Source of the DNA: Sphyrna mokarran
Taxonomy: Eukaryota
Length of the DNA stretch: 64,000 nt
NCBI GenBank assembly: GCA_024679065.1
Contig: JAGIQG010000043.1
Location: 930,001 to 994,000, forward strand
Direction of reading: 5' to 3'
Positions 37,050 to 51,247 of the stretch are shown in pieces. The translations under genes and the position numbers were made by a program. Within the stretch, counting starts at the first letter, position 1, and each line of letters begins with the position of its first letter. A model generated the notes under the pieces. That model was given only the letters and a program-made list of their open reading frames with translations, did no database searches and was not told the DNA's origin.

Positions 37050-38560
37050 TGTTCGCCACATGTTCCTCCACTGAAAGTTTGATGACCTGACCGGCCTCAT
37101 TAACCATTTATCAGTCCAGTAAATCATCCTCTCTAGTAGAGCTATCAACGTGTTGTTCCAAAGAAACTTCCTGGGCACATTTCACAAATTCTTTCTCGTC
37201 CAGACCTCCAGTCCTAACGGAATTCAGTCTGTATGAGGGAAATTAAAGTCTTCCACTGCAACCGCCCTATTTTTTCTACACCTATCCAGAATTTTCTTAC
37301 GTATCCGTTCCACAACTTTCCGTGGGCTGTCGGGAGACCTTGTAGTATAACCCCAGAAAAGTGACTGCGTCGTCCCTGGTTCTGAGCTCTACCCAAAGTG
37401 TTTCATTACATGATCCTACCAAATTGTCCACCCTCTGTACCGCTGCAATATACTCCCTAACCAGTATTACTATTCTCCCACCTCTACTATCTCTTCTTCT
37501 ATCACGCCTAAAGCACTTGTACACGGAATATTCGGCTGTCAGTCCTGTCCTTCTTTCAAGTTCCTCTCACTGCAACCACATTGAAGTTTACCACCTGTCT
37601 TAAAGCTCCAAGTTCATCTGCCTTGCGCATTCGCTCCTTAATTTAAGCAGATGCACTACAGAACTCCAGGCTGACTGAGTTTATCCTTCCCGAGATTGCT
37701 GTTCCTCTTGGGTAGCCTTGACTTGGCCCCGTGCTCGCCCCCCCCCCCCCCCCCCCCACCCCCGAGTCTCTTCTCTTGCTGACCTGTTCTGATTCCCACC
37801 CCATTGCCACATTAGTTTAAATTTACTCGAAACACAATAGTAAACCTCCCAGCCAGGATATCGATGCCTCTCCAGTTCAGGTGTAATCCTTCCTTCTTGT
37901 ACAGGTCCCATCTTCTCTGAAAGACATTCCAGTTATCCACAAATCTGAAACCCTCCTTCCTGCAGCAGTTCTTTATCCATGTGTTCAGCGGCACTATCTC
38001 CCTATTCTCAGCCTCACTAGTATTTGGCACGGGGAACAATCCAGAGATTTCTACACGTGAAGTCTTGTTTTTTAGCCTTTTACCTAAAGCCCTAAATTGT
38101 CCTTGCTGGATTTCCCTATTTTCTGTCTATGTCATTTGTAGCAAGGTAGACAATGACAATGACCCCTTTTAGGGTGCTCTCTACTCGTTCAGAGACAACC
38201 AGGATCGTAGCACCAAGGAAACAGTCGACCATCCTGGAGTCTCGTTCACGCTCACAGAACCACATGTCTCTGCCTCTAACGACTGAGTCCCCCACTACTA
38301 TGACTCTCATATTCTCCCCCTATTCCTTCTGACCCATAGAGTCCAACTCGGCACCAGAGACCTGGTCACTAAGACATACCCCTGGAAGGTCATCCTCCCC
38401 TGCAGTATCCAAAAAGGTATACTTATTTTGGAGAGAATAATCACAAGGGATTCCTGCACTGATTGCCTCCTCTCCTCCGTTCTCCTGACTGTCACACAGC
38501 TAGCTTCATTTTTAGGTGTTACCGCTTCTCAATAACTACTATCCATCACCCGCTCTTCCT
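37050..38560 (-). mobile_element. Old CR1 5' half (ORF1 esterase and endonuclease remnants)
   Basis: VVGDSVVRG, EGLHLN and YKCFRRDR remnants. Confidence 0.8.
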
Positions 38561-38749
38561 CCTGGATGCTCTGTGAGCTGATAGTTGTTTAAGATTCGGC
38601 TACTCGAGTCTGATGAAACATGAATGAAACTCATCGGCAATCGTTCACTTCTCTTCGTAACACCTTCACTTCCTTCCTCCAAGTTATACTATACTTTGAA
38701 AAGATGTCCTCCCTCGTGGACAATCCAGAACGAGAGGCCATATATATAT

Positions 38750-39555
38750 ATAGAACAATACAGCACAAACAGGCCCTTCGGCCCAGGTGTTGCGCCGATC
38801 GCATCTACCAATCCACAGACCTATCTATAATCCCCTATCCTATTCGTTTCCATATACTTATCCAGATGTCTTTTAAAAGGCCCCAGTGAGTTTACCTCAA
38901 CGTCTCCGACGGCATTCGGTTCCATTCACTCACCACCCTCTGAGTGAAAAACCTACCCCTGACATCTCCTTTGTATTTGCTTCCCTGCACCTTAAATCTG
39001 TGTCCTCTCGTAGTGACCATTTCAGCTCGGGGAAATAGTCTCTGACAGTCCACCCTACCTATTCCTCTCAACATTTTATAAACCTCTATCAGGTCGCCTC
39101 TCAACCTACGTCTCTCCATTGAGAAGAGTCCCAGCTCCCTCAACGTATCTTCAAAAGGCCTGCCGCCCAATCCAGGCAGCATCCTTGTAAATCTCCTCTG
39201 CACTCTCTACATCCTTCCTATAGTGAGGCGACCAGAACTGCTCACAATACTCCAAGTGGGGTCTGACACGAGTCTTATAGAGCTGCATCATTACCTCCTG
39301 ACTCCTAAACTCTATTCTTCGATTAATGAAGGCCAGTACACCGTACGCCTTCTTGACCACTTCCTCCACGTGCGAGGCCGATTTAAGAGTCCTATGGACC
39401 TGGACCTCGAGATCGTTCTGCTCTACAACACAGCTAAGACTCCTACCCCTTAGATTGTACTCCTTCATCCCACTATTCCTGCCAAAATGGACCACTAGTC
39501 ATTTATCCGTTTTGAAGTTCATCTGCCACTTCTCCGCCCAGTCTTGCATCCTATC
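38750..39555 (-). mobile_element. 5'-truncated CR1 (second subfamily) flanked by (TA)n
   Basis: ORF2 end and tail; tatatata on both sides. Confidence 0.88.
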
Positions 39556-42244
39556 TATATATATAGTGGAGTGATAAGTTCAAAACAGCGAGAAAAAGAA
39601 ACTGCTTCTCTCAGAGGATTGTGAATCAGTGGAACCCACTGTCCCGAAGTGCAGTGGAGATAGAATCAGTGAATTCAGTTACACAACATAAATTGACGGT
39701 TATTTTTCATTCGATCATTGAATCATTGATAGGTCATGAACAAACCTAATCGTCAATTTTCGAATCAAGTTCAGTTCCCATTGGGATCTTACATATCCTG
39801 TTTATTTTTGTCTATCAATCCATTTGATTGATTGAGCATCTACAGTGTCTCTGGGATATAGATAGCAAATAGAATAAAAAATACAGTGATTTAAATTGAG
39901 TAAAATTGAGACATCTGCAGTAGCTACTGATTAACAGGGACACACATAGAAAAGGGATCCCTTGTAATTTGATAAATTGGTCCACTTTAACAAATGTCAC
40001 ACCTCACTATTCCATAAATTGGGAAACGGTCACTAGCAATACCTCGCCCTCTGTAATGGAAAATGAATCTTGACATTTATTGCAAAAGGTCTAGATTGTG
40101 ATACATAGAAGTGTTTTTTTTTAGAATTGAATAAGGCGTTGGAAGTCCTCGCATGGAGCATTCTGTCCAATTTTGTCCTCCCAGCTTGACGAAGGATGTG
40201 GTGACGCCGGAGGAAGTTCACAGGAAGTCCACAAGATTGATTTCGGGGACGAAGTGTCCATCATACGAGAGACAGTTGCGTTGCTTGGGCTTATGGATTT
40301 AGAAGAATCGGGGCGGGGTGGGGGGCGTGGGTGATCAGATCGGGTATATAACATGCTGAAGGAATTGATATGGTGAACGTTCAACAGATGACCCCCAAAT
40401 GGGACAGTCTAGGACAAAAGCTCAGAGATATAGCGAGAGAGGGGATAGATTCGAAACTACGATGAGGAGAAACTATTTCTCTCAAAGGGTTGTGTATCTG
40501 TGCTCCAGCTGGCAGTGAAGGCAGAATCAGTCAACAAGATCAAGAAAGAAATTAATACTTGGCTAATGAAAAGCCGGATAAAGAACTATGGGTAACAGAC
40601 AGGTCAGTGGAGTTGAGGTCAGAAAAAACACAGCCATGGTCATGTAGAATTCGGAGCGTCCTCGAAGGTCTGAATTGTGTACTCCCCGTCAAACTATTAT
40701 GTTGCTTTCTAATAGACACTTCCATTCATAAGACTTCCACGGGAGTTAATTTCAACAGTGGAAGTATAGAGAGTGTCATTGAACCAAACTTCCATAGAGA
40801 GGCCGATGTCGAAGTTTCTGCCTGACTCGCTGGACCTGAAATCGATCCGCTAATAGATATCCCAGGGTATATTCGAGGTGACGGGAATGCAATCAATTGA
40901 AAAAAAAAGTCTGATCAAATATATCAAAAATAGAGCCCCTGCAGTCCAGTAAGGAGCAATACGATGGTGGTGGTGAGTGAGTGGGGGTGGAGGGTGGGTG
41001 GGTGGGGGGGAGGGCGGGGTGGCAGAAGTGGCCGGGAGGGAGGGGGGAGGGCAGTGGAGCAGGCTAAACCCCGAGAATCAAACCGAAGCTCCAGTATTAG
41101 TCAAAACAACGAAAACACGTTTTGATTGATGTAGAATAGAATAATAATGTTTTTTTTTCAGTATTTTCACAGTTATGGATGCATTTCCGAATAGTAGGCA
41201 ATTGTTTTGCCTTCAGCGAAACCTCTTCGAATAGTTTCTCGCTTAGAGTAAGCACGGATGTACAGTAGACAATAAAGAACGGAAATGATACCTTGGCCTT
41301 CAGAGCGAGAGGGTTTGAGTATCGAAATAGGGATGCTTTGGTGTAATGTTATCGGTCTTGGTGAGATCACGCCTGGAGTATTCTTGTAAAGAATGATTTG
41401 TCGCCATGAATCAATGACAGACACCCCTCCCAGAATGAAGACGTGGCCAACGTTTGACAAAGAAAGCGAAAGGGGGAGAAGGAAAGGCAGCAGACAATAT
41501 TTCACTGCAGGAGGACTGGGTAATAGGGAAATACAAGGGTAGAGTTTGAGCGGCACGGTGGGGCCAGGACGAGAAATTGCAACAACCACAGTGAGTTTAA
41601 CATACTGAAACATGTTAAATAAAGACTTCATTCGATCTCCATTAGGCGTTTAGATCCTGACTGTACATTAATTCCACATTGCCTTGGTTCCTCGCAGAAT
41701 CGGTCTGTCTCTTCAATGATCATCCAGAGCTCTTATTGCAGAATATCTCAAAAGCTCACAAATCTATCAATGAAGGATTACCCGCTCATCTCAGTATGTA
41801 CTCTGAGACTATGAACGCGATGTTCTGGACTCACCAGCAAGGCACAAACAAGTTCTCAATCCTAATACTGAAATCGTAGCCCGAATCTTCTCATTTACAC
41901 ACATTAAGTTTCCGAACTCCAGCTAACGTTGATCCAAACTAATGAATGTGCCCGGACAGGACAAACCTTTCCTACCAGGCATGAAGCTTCAGGATCTTAC
42001 CCAAAAGGCAAATGCAGCTTTCTGCTGTAAAAAAAAAACAACTAAACGGCAATCAATATTCTTGGCACAGTCTCACTGACATGAGGCTTGCTTGCAGTAG
42101 CATTCCTTACTCATCGATCACCACAAATACTTCATCCATTGCAATAAATCTCAACCAAGGAATGTTTTTATTTCCAAATTGTTTGGGTACTTTCTGGTAA
42201 ATGTATGTTCTGCACAAGAATATGAAAGCTATCTGAATCGTAAA

Positions 42245-42590
42245 ATCATAGAACTTGTGCATATGGCTCATTGAGCCTGCAATAGCAGCAGATCCCTCCA
42301 GGCCCATTTCCCGTAAACCCAGGTATTCACGGCGCTAATCTCCCTGAACATAGGGGGAAATTAGCAGGGCAATTCAATCTAACCTGCCCATCTGTGGACA
42401 CTAAAGGGCAAATAGCATGGCCAATCCGCCCAATAAGCACCCGTTTGGTTTGTGGGAGGAAACTGAAGCACCAGTGGAAACCCGCGTAGACACAGGGAGA
42501 GGTGCAAACTCCACGCAGATGGTCACCCAAGGGTGTAACCAGACAGGGTCCTTGGCGCTGTGAGGCAGCAGTGCTGACCGTGCCGCTCAA
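42245..42590 (-). mobile_element. V-SINE
   Basis: Reverse head gcggcacggtcagcactgctgcctcacagcgcca and V-domain. Confidence 0.78.
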
Positions 42591-44024
42591 ACTGGAATAT
42601 CAGAATGTCCTAATCCTTCAGGCTTTTAAAGAATCCTCATTTTTAGATTTTCCATTCGAGCGGGTTGTTTCACATGTTTCAATATCATACACCACCTGCC
42701 AGTAATTAGTCAATTAATTAAGGTTACAGTTAGAACGGGAAGTGAAGCCAGGTATCCTCAAGCATGTGACAACAACTGTGGAGAGTTCATTGTGATCTGC
42801 TGCCATACCTAATATGAGCAAATATTGCACCGAAATGAACTGAGTAGGGAGTGCAATGATAGTTTCAACAAAGGGAATCCTGTCCGATGAATGTGCTTAG
42901 GAGTTTACGAACCAGTGAGATAGTAAATTCTCTCTGAATCATAAGTGCATGATTTTCCCACAAGGTGACCAATAACTCATCCGCACTGGATGAGTTAAAA
43001 CTTTCAGATTGTGATTGCCAATTGATTGAGAGGTTGGGAGCAGAGAGTGGAGATTAAATCATTGATGGGTGGTGGTACATTTGATCAAATGTACCTCAAA
43101 TCAAGTGAAGAATTGAGGTACATTTGCTCTTTGATCATATTTAATGATGCTTCTGATGAAAGAATTGAAAGCTGCATATTTGTGATTTTGTGTAATCAGT
43201 TCAAAGGGAACGTGAACACGTGGCGGGTGGGAACGGTAAGTTCCAAACAGACTCGTAAAAGTGGTGAGCAAGCTGAATTTTAATGGGGTGTAGATGGACT
43301 AGGCAAACCGACATTACAAATTTTCCTGTTCCCATGGTCCTGGAGTAGGTGGCAAAAGTTCCAATATGAAATAATTATGTTTGTCAACTTGTCATAGAAA
43401 TATAGAGACAAAAAAAAACATGAGTAGGTCATTCGGCCCCTCTAGCCTGCCCCACCATTCATCTTGATAGTGGCTTATCAACGCATAAAATATCCTGATT
43501 CCCCCCCCCTCCTTTCCCGCAAGTCGTTTCATCCCTTTAACTACAAAGCTAAATCTTATTTATTCTTGAAATCACGCATCGCTTTGGCCTCAGCTATCTT
43601 CTGAGGGAGTGAATTCTGCGCATTCACACTCTCTGGGTGAAGAAACTTCCCCTCATTCCATTTCTGAATGGTTTACCCCCTTCTACCTAAACTCTGACTT
43701 CTAGTTCTTGACTCCCCCACCACTGGGGATATTTTTGTTTCCTGAATCAACCCTGTCTACACCTACTGGAATTTAATTTGATTCTATAAGATCCCCTCTC
43801 ACTTTTCTAAACTTTAGTTATATGATTCCCTCTCACTCTTCTAAACTTTAGTGAATACAGCACGAACGGATTTAGTCTCTTTTCATAGGACGGATCCAGG
43901 AATCAGCTTGGCAAACCTTTGTTGTATTCCCCTTTTCGCAAGGTCATCATACAATAGACAAATACTGCCATCACTGAGGATGTACAGGATTGTTTCTTTT
44001 TTGGAATATAGGGAGTAAATATGG

Positions 44025-44390
44025 GAGGCGATGGCCGAGTGGTATTCTCGCTAGTAATCGAGAAACTCAGCTAGTGTTCTGGGGACCCGCGTTCGAATTC
44101 CGTCATGGCCGATGATGGAATTAGAATTCAAGAAAAAAAATAAAGAAGTGCAATTAAGAATTTTCTGACGATCATGAAATTACAGTCATCTATTGAAAAA
44201 AAAATCCCATATGGTTCACTAATGTCCTTTATGGAAAGGAATCTGCTGTCTTTACCAGGTCTGTCCTGCATGTAACTCCAGAGCCACGGAGGTAGGTTAG
44301 TCTCAACTGCTCTCGGGCAACTAATGATCTACAATAAATGCTGAACACCTAGAAATGCCCATATCCAAAGATGAACAAAAAGAAAGTAGA
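44025..44390 (+). mobile_element. tRNA-derived SINE (non-V type)
   Basis: A-box tggccgagtgg, B-box gttcgaattcc, A-rich end. Confidence 0.75.
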
Positions 44391-44689
44391 TGCATATCTG
44401 CAGATTAATCATGTGTGGTAATAATATGATAACAACCATGTGGGCAAACCAGAATAACCCAGGAACTTCAATTTAAATGGTATTGTCTATGCAATAAATA
44501 GATGTGCTTGCTTTCCAGAACCGCCTTGATAAATAACGACCATGACTCTATTTACTAGTTCGTCTTAAAGGGAAGGTTCTGGATCATTCTGAGAACAATT
44601 ATTTCTTTGAATTTTGAATTGAGAACCTTCCTGGATCTGTGCTTTACCTGCCTGGCTTACTTATAGTAGTGAGAAATCTCACAACACCA

Positions 44690-45520
44690 GCTTAGAAAGA
44701 CATAGACTTAGAGGAGATCTAATAGAGGTGTGCAAGATTATGAGGGTTATAGAGTAAACAGTGTTAAGCTTTTTCTTAGGATGGACTCGAGTAAGATGAG
44801 GGGTCACGGGCTTAGGGTGAGAGGGGTAAGGTATAGTTTGGATGCTCGAGGGAGTTTTTTTCACAAGAGGGTGGTGGGGGTACGGAATGCGCTGCCAAGC
44901 AAAGTGGTGGAGGCAGGTACTCTGGAGTAATTTAAGAAATACTTAGATGGGCACATGAACAGAATGGGAATGGAGGGATATAGAAAACTGATTTAAAATA
45001 GGGATCATAAGCCTTGGGAGTTCCTAGGAAATGTGTTAATAGATGATGATATTGATGTACTTGTTTTTATCCTACAGATGCTTTGGTCCACCTTGTTGTC
45101 TAACAAGAGGCATACACGCGATGGGTCGTGAGAGGGCTGCTCTTGGATTTTTTTCGAGAGTATCCTAGTGCTTCACGTCGTTAGTGTACGCTTGACCTGG
45201 ACCATTTGATCGGCAACACGACAACTCAGTGACTATCTGCTGTGCAGATACATGGATTTGGGCCTGTGTCTGTGGGAGTTTGCACATTGTCCCCGTACTT
45301 GCGTGGGTTTTCTCCAGGTGCTCCGGTTTCCTCTTAGGCTAATTGGCAAAACAAATTCTCCCTAAATTGCCTCAAATTTGGTTTTTAATCCATAGATCTA
45401 TAAACGTAGACAGGGATCACGGGTAGAGGTGGGATCATCGGGGTGGCGGCGCAGGCTCGTTGGGCCGAAGGGCCTGTTTCCCTTGCTGTTTTGTTCTTTG
45501 TTCTTTATTCTTTGTTAATC
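44690..45520 (+). mobile_element. Chimeric CR1/V-SINE, copy 3
   Basis: Same order of blocks as copies 1, 2 and 4. Confidence 0.85.
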
Positions 45521-45814
45521 CAAAACCGGCATCTCCACATCATTACTTATAATAGACTACAAGTAGGCCAACATGTATTTGTGAAAAAAGATATTAAAAA
45601 CTGCAGGTGATTTAAAAAAAAAGTCAACCATTCTATCCCACATAGACAATGTTTAAGTTTTGGATTATGCTGTCTCAGAGCGATGGAGTACTATTGACTC
45701 AAAATTATTGAGATTAGAATTGGATGCTTTTCTGACGTTAAGTAAATGCAGGGCTCTGGGAAAAGCCATTGGAGTTCCAGGAAAGGCGCAGGAAACAAAG
45801 ACATCGGAGTCGAA

Positions 45815-45830
45815 AAACAGGAAGTGAAAT
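45815..45830 (+). promoter_or_regulatory. ETS-IRF composite element (EICE) motif
   Basis: aaacaGGAAGTGAAAt matches GGAANNGAAA in non-repeat sequence. Confidence 0.35.
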
Positions 45831-47806
45831 TTCAACCCGTCGAGATGGTCCTGACGTTCCGTTAGGTGAGAGGTGATGACTGACCTTATCTGCATTTCCC
45901 AACAGGATCACTATTTCACTTAATGCCATCCGTCTCTAGGGATCCAGAGACTTTTGCCTTCAACCTTCCTAATGACCCGTTTTGTCAGCTCTCTAGAGTA
46001 GACAATTCAAAGATTCATCACTTTGATTGGATAATTTCTCCACCTTCTTTGTTCAAAATGCCCACTCCACCTCCTGAAATTAGCCACCCCAGCCGCAGGT
46101 ATTTCATTAATCAAGCACGGGGAACCTTATCTAGTCCACCCCTTTGCAATCTGTCACACCATATGCAGAATTAAGCGTTCGCCTCATTCTTCAAAGCTGT
46201 TGGAAATATGGATTATGTGTCATCAATCTCTCCTCAGACAAATCCCTATACAAAGCATTGATCTGCTAACCATGCATTGCACTACATCTCTGGGATGTAT
46301 GTCACAGCTGGGAGAAGGGGAATAAATTGGATGCAAAACTCCAGGCGAGGTCTCATTAGGATCTTATACAAGTATAGCAAGAAATCCTTATAAGGGTACA
46401 TAAATCTCCTCGTGATGACGTTTACCAAACCTTCAAAGGCTTCTGACTTGCTTATACATTCACATGCTATAGCTGAAAACAAAGATACCTAGGTTCCGTT
46501 GTCTAGTCACAATTGCCAATTTCCCATTTAAGGAACAATCTGCCTTTGGTATTATTTGTCAAAGTGAAAGTTGACGTTCAGACAATGGCCAACAGAGCAT
46601 TATGCCACTCTGTACGCATGACATGATTCTAAAGAGGAATTTCAACATGGTTACATAGTAGTATTGAACACAGAAGTAAGTGTCGGCCATTCAGCCCTTC
46701 GAACACGGTCTGCCATTTATTTTGGTCATGGGTAATCATCAAATTCATGCCTTGATTCGCCTGAACTCCATATCCTTTATTTCCTTAAGCACTGAAAGTT
46801 ATATCTAATTTCTTCGAGAAATCACACAATGTTTTGTCGTCAACTATTTTTCTGTGGTAGTAAATTCGACACATTCACCGCTCTCTGAATGAATAAATTT
46901 CTCCTCACCTCAGTACTATTAGGTAAACATTTATCCTCAAAATATGACCACTAGTTCTGGACTCCCCTACCATGGGTAAATTCCTTTCTGCACCCATCAT
47001 CTCAAACCCATTAAAAGATTGATACGTTTCCATGAGATTCCTTTTCAGTCTTCCCAACTCCAGTGAATATAATCCCATATAACATATCTTCTCATGTGAC
47101 AGACATGCCATCTCAGGAATCAGCCTGGTGAACTTTTGCTGTACTCTCTCTACATCTTTCCTCAGACAAGGATATCAGAAGTGCACAAAATGCTCCAGCT
47201 GCGGTATACCAACGCGCAATGCAATTGCCTCAAAACATCCTTATCCGTATATTCAAATCCTGTCGCTATGAAGGCCAGCATACCATTTTCCTTTTTAAAT
47301 TCCCGCTCTATTTACGCACTTACTTTCTGCCACTGATTCCCGAGGACACCAAGGTCTTGCTGAGTAACTACTTCTGTCAAGTTAGACCTATACAATAATA
47401 TTCTGCCTTCCTATTTTTGCTATCAAAGTGGATGACCTCACGTACATCCAGATTATTAAGCATCTGCATCCATATGCCCACACCTCCCGATCCCTCACTC
47501 CAAAGTGTACCGGTGCACCTTGACTCAAAATGTTTAAATGTTATGAGATTTTTGACTAATATTCACCTCTGTTAAGTAGGAAACATTGGCCTCGTTATAA
47601 TTTCCTGGACCCTTAATCCCGAAATTTAGCTAATGTTCTTGGGATCCGGATTCGTTCCTTATCTCGCAAGTTCTGTCGTTACATCCGTGCATTGCTGAGG
47701 GAGCACTGCATTGTGGCAGGGGGCAGATATAAAAGTAGAAAATGAAATTATGTCAGAAGAACGTAAAGACCGGTTTCTGGTCTAATGTTCACATCTTATC
47801 AAAGAG

Positions 47807-49143
47807 GAACATAGAACACAGAACATAGAACATTACAGCGCAGAACAGGCCCTTCGGCCTTCGATGTTGCGCTGACCAATATAAAAAGCAATGACCCTCC
47901 ATACTAAACCATTCCCTTCTCTTCCACAAACTTATCAACTAACCTCTTAAACGCCACCAAACTTGGCGCATCTACAACTGCCGCAGGCAGGGCATTCCAC
48001 TCCCTAACCAACCTCTGGGTAAAGAACCTACCTCTGATATCCATCCTATGACTATCACCCCTTAATTTAAAGCTGTGTCCCCTCGTGCTAGCTTTCTCCA
48101 TCCTAGGAAAAAGGCTATCACTGTCCACCCTATCTAAACCTCTAATCATCTTATATGTTTCAATAAGGTCTCCTCTTAGCCGCCTTCTTTCTAACGAAAA
48201 CAACCTCAAATCCCTCTGCCTCTCTTCATAAGACCTGCCCTCCATACCAGGCAACATCCTGGTAAACCTCCTCTGTACCCTCTCCAATGCTCCACATCTT
48301 TCTTATAATGTGGGGACCAGAACTGCACACAATACTCCAAGTGCGGCCGCACTAGAGTTTTGTACAGTTGCAACACGACGTTGTGGCTCCGAAATTCAAT
48401 CCCCGTACCAATGAAAGCTAAGACTCCGTATGCCTTCTTAACAACATTATCGACTTGTCTGCCTACTTTCAGGGATCTATGCACAAATACACCAAGATCC
48501 CTCTGTTCATCAACACCATTAAGAATCCTACCATTAGCCCTATACTCTACACATTTATTATTCCTGCCACAGTGCATTACCTCACACTTTTCCACATTAA
48601 ACTCCATTTGCCACCTCTCGGCCCAGCTCTGCAACTTGTCCAAGTCTCTCTGCAAACTATAACTCCCTTCTTCACTATCTACCACTCCACCGACTTTGGT
48701 GTCATACGCAAATTTACTAATCCATCCTTCAATACCCTCATCCAGATCGTTTATAAAAATTACAAACAGCAAGGGCCCCAAAACAGACCCCTGAGGCACA
48801 CCACTTGTCACCGAACTCTACGATGAATATCTCCCATCAACCACCACCCTCTGTCTTCTATCTGCTAGCCAATTCCTAATCCAATTAGCTAAATCATCCT
48901 CAATCCCATAGATCTGCATTTTCTGCAGAAGCCTTCCATGGGCCACCTTATCGAACGTATTACTAAAGTCCATATATACCACATCAACTGCCTTACCCCC
49001 ATCCACCTCTTTGGTCACTTTTTCAAAAAACTCAATAAGGTTGGTAAGGCACGACCTACCCTTCACAAAACCATGCTGACTATCCCCAATCAATTCATTT
49101 CTCTCTAAATAGCTATAAATCCTACCCCTAATAATTCTCTCCA
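47807..49143 (-). mobile_element. 5'-truncated young CR1
   Basis: RT ORF fragments and tail. Confidence 0.92.
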
Positions 49144-51043
49144 GGAGAATTATCTGGATGTACAGGAGGCGGTTGTCTCATGGTATTTTCGCTGGACTGT
49201 GTGAAACTTCGTTTAGGCCGCATTCGGAGTATGGCATTCAATTCTGGTCGCCGCACTATAAGCGGAGGGAGGGGTGGCATGCTTTGGAAAAAGTGCAGGA
49301 GAAGTTGACCAGGAATGCTGCCTAGATTAGGACGCTCAAGCAAAACGTTTTGATAAACTGTTAAGTTTAAGGATTGTTTTAAACATGGATAGAGGCAGAG
49401 CGATTTAAGGTGAGAGCCCAATACCTGAGGTCCGAGTCAGCTTACTATAAATCAGGAATGTTGGAGTGATGGAAATTGTTGGATGTGCAAGACACCAAAA
49501 TCACTTTCAATCCCTTTTCCCGGAGTCCACTTTCAAGATTAATTTAGGCATTGCTCTTAGGGTTAAATAAATCAAGGGATATGGTGGGGGGAGGTGATAT
49601 GGAGAATAGAGAGGTGGGAAGAGGGGGGCAGGTAGTTGGAAGAGAGGACAAGGATATTGAATAGGATAATGACCAATAATCAAAATGAATGGCGAAGCAG
49701 TTTCAAAGTTCCGAATGATCTACTCTTATTCTAGTTTGTGAGTTTCTAAATCATAACACCCTGGCTTTCGAATTATCAATTCGATTCTTGAAACTTTGGC
49801 AGTTGATCCATGTCGTTACATCCGTGCATTGCCGAGGGAGTGCTGCACTATTGATGAGATGCTGTCTTTAGCAGAAGGCAGATGTAAATGTGGAAAATGA
49901 AATTGTCAGAAGAAAATAAAGACAGGATTCTGGACTAATACTTACCTCTTATCAAAGAGGAGTTGATGGTGTCGCGGTATTTTCGCTGGAAGTTTGATCC
50001 AGAAATGTTAATCAATACTCTGGTGGCCCATGTCCGATTCCTCCCTCGACAGATACTGGAATTTCCAAGTATTTCAAACTGGATTAGACCGCTTTTGGAG
50101 TATTGACTTTAATTCTGATCGCCATATTTCACGAAGGATGTGAATGCTTTGGAAAGGGTACAGAAGATTTTATTTGGGATGTTGCCCACATTCGAACATG
50201 GAAGCTGTAAGTGAGGAGCGGGGGTGGGGGGGGTGGTGTGGTGGGATGGCTGGAGAAATTGTGTACTTGCACTGGCGAAGGCTGCTGAGAGACTTGATAG
50301 AAGTCTATAAAAATTTTGAGACGCTCACATAGTGTTGACAGCTCGAGTATTTTCCCCAGAGTTGAAATATATAGTTGAGTGCAGGTCACTTAGACATGGA
50401 ATTTCAATGGCGATGAGAGGTGCAAGTTTTTTTTTACACAGTGGTATGTGTCTGAAACTCACTGATAGGGTTGGTGGCAGAGGAAAATACGACTGGAGTG
50501 TTTATGGAGCTTTTTTTTCGATGAGAACATCGATATGCACGGAATAGATGGAAGTGGAAGAAGGGAAGACAGAAAAGTTTAGTTTAACTTGGTGTGACGT
50601 TCCGCACAACAGCCTGAGCGGAATGGCCTACATCTGTGTTGCACTTTTTCCATGTTCTAATAAAAACAGTCAGGAATTAAGACTTTACTGATGACCATGA
50701 AACCAATCTCGATCGTAATGAAAACTCGTTTTGTTTATTAATGCCCTTTAAGGAAGGAAATCTGGCGTCCTGACCTGGAACGCCTGACATACGGCTCCAA
50801 ATGCGCAGCTTTGTTTCTCAAATGCCTGTCAAATTGATTATCAAATGCCTTCCAAGAGTAACGAAGGATAGGCTTAAAATACTGGCTAACTAGCGTCGCT
50901 CATGTGCTACAATTCAATAAAAATAAGAGTTCAAAGTTAGCTTATCAAGTCATTAGCAAATTTCTGTTCCAAAGATGTTGTATTGGAAAGTCTATTATTG
51001 AGTACAGAAGTACAAACGTCACTGCCGTTCCAAATATGCTTCA

Positions 51044-51247
51044 TAGAACATAGAACATAGAACATTACAGCACAGAACAGGCCCTTCGGCCTTTGATGTT
51101 GTGCCGACCAAAATAAAAAGCAATGCCCCTCCAACTAAAACATTCCCTTCTCTTCCATATACTTATAATTAACCTCTTAAACGCCCCAAACTTGGCGGCA
51201 TCTCAACTGCGCAGGCAGGGTCATTTCCACTCCCTAATCACTCTTTG
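51044..51247 (-). mobile_element. 3' end of an antisense CR1 copy that hosts the full-length insertion
   Basis: (ATAGAAC)n tail and reverse 3' UTR; the sequence resumes at 56804. Confidence 0.9.

Noticed and set aside
41173-41631. 152-aa minus-strand ORF
   Set aside because: Antisense to a decayed CR1 fragment; no recognisable domain.
44025-44110. tRNA gene
   Set aside because: The A and B boxes belong to a SINE head; there is no cloverleaf, and the SINE body follows.
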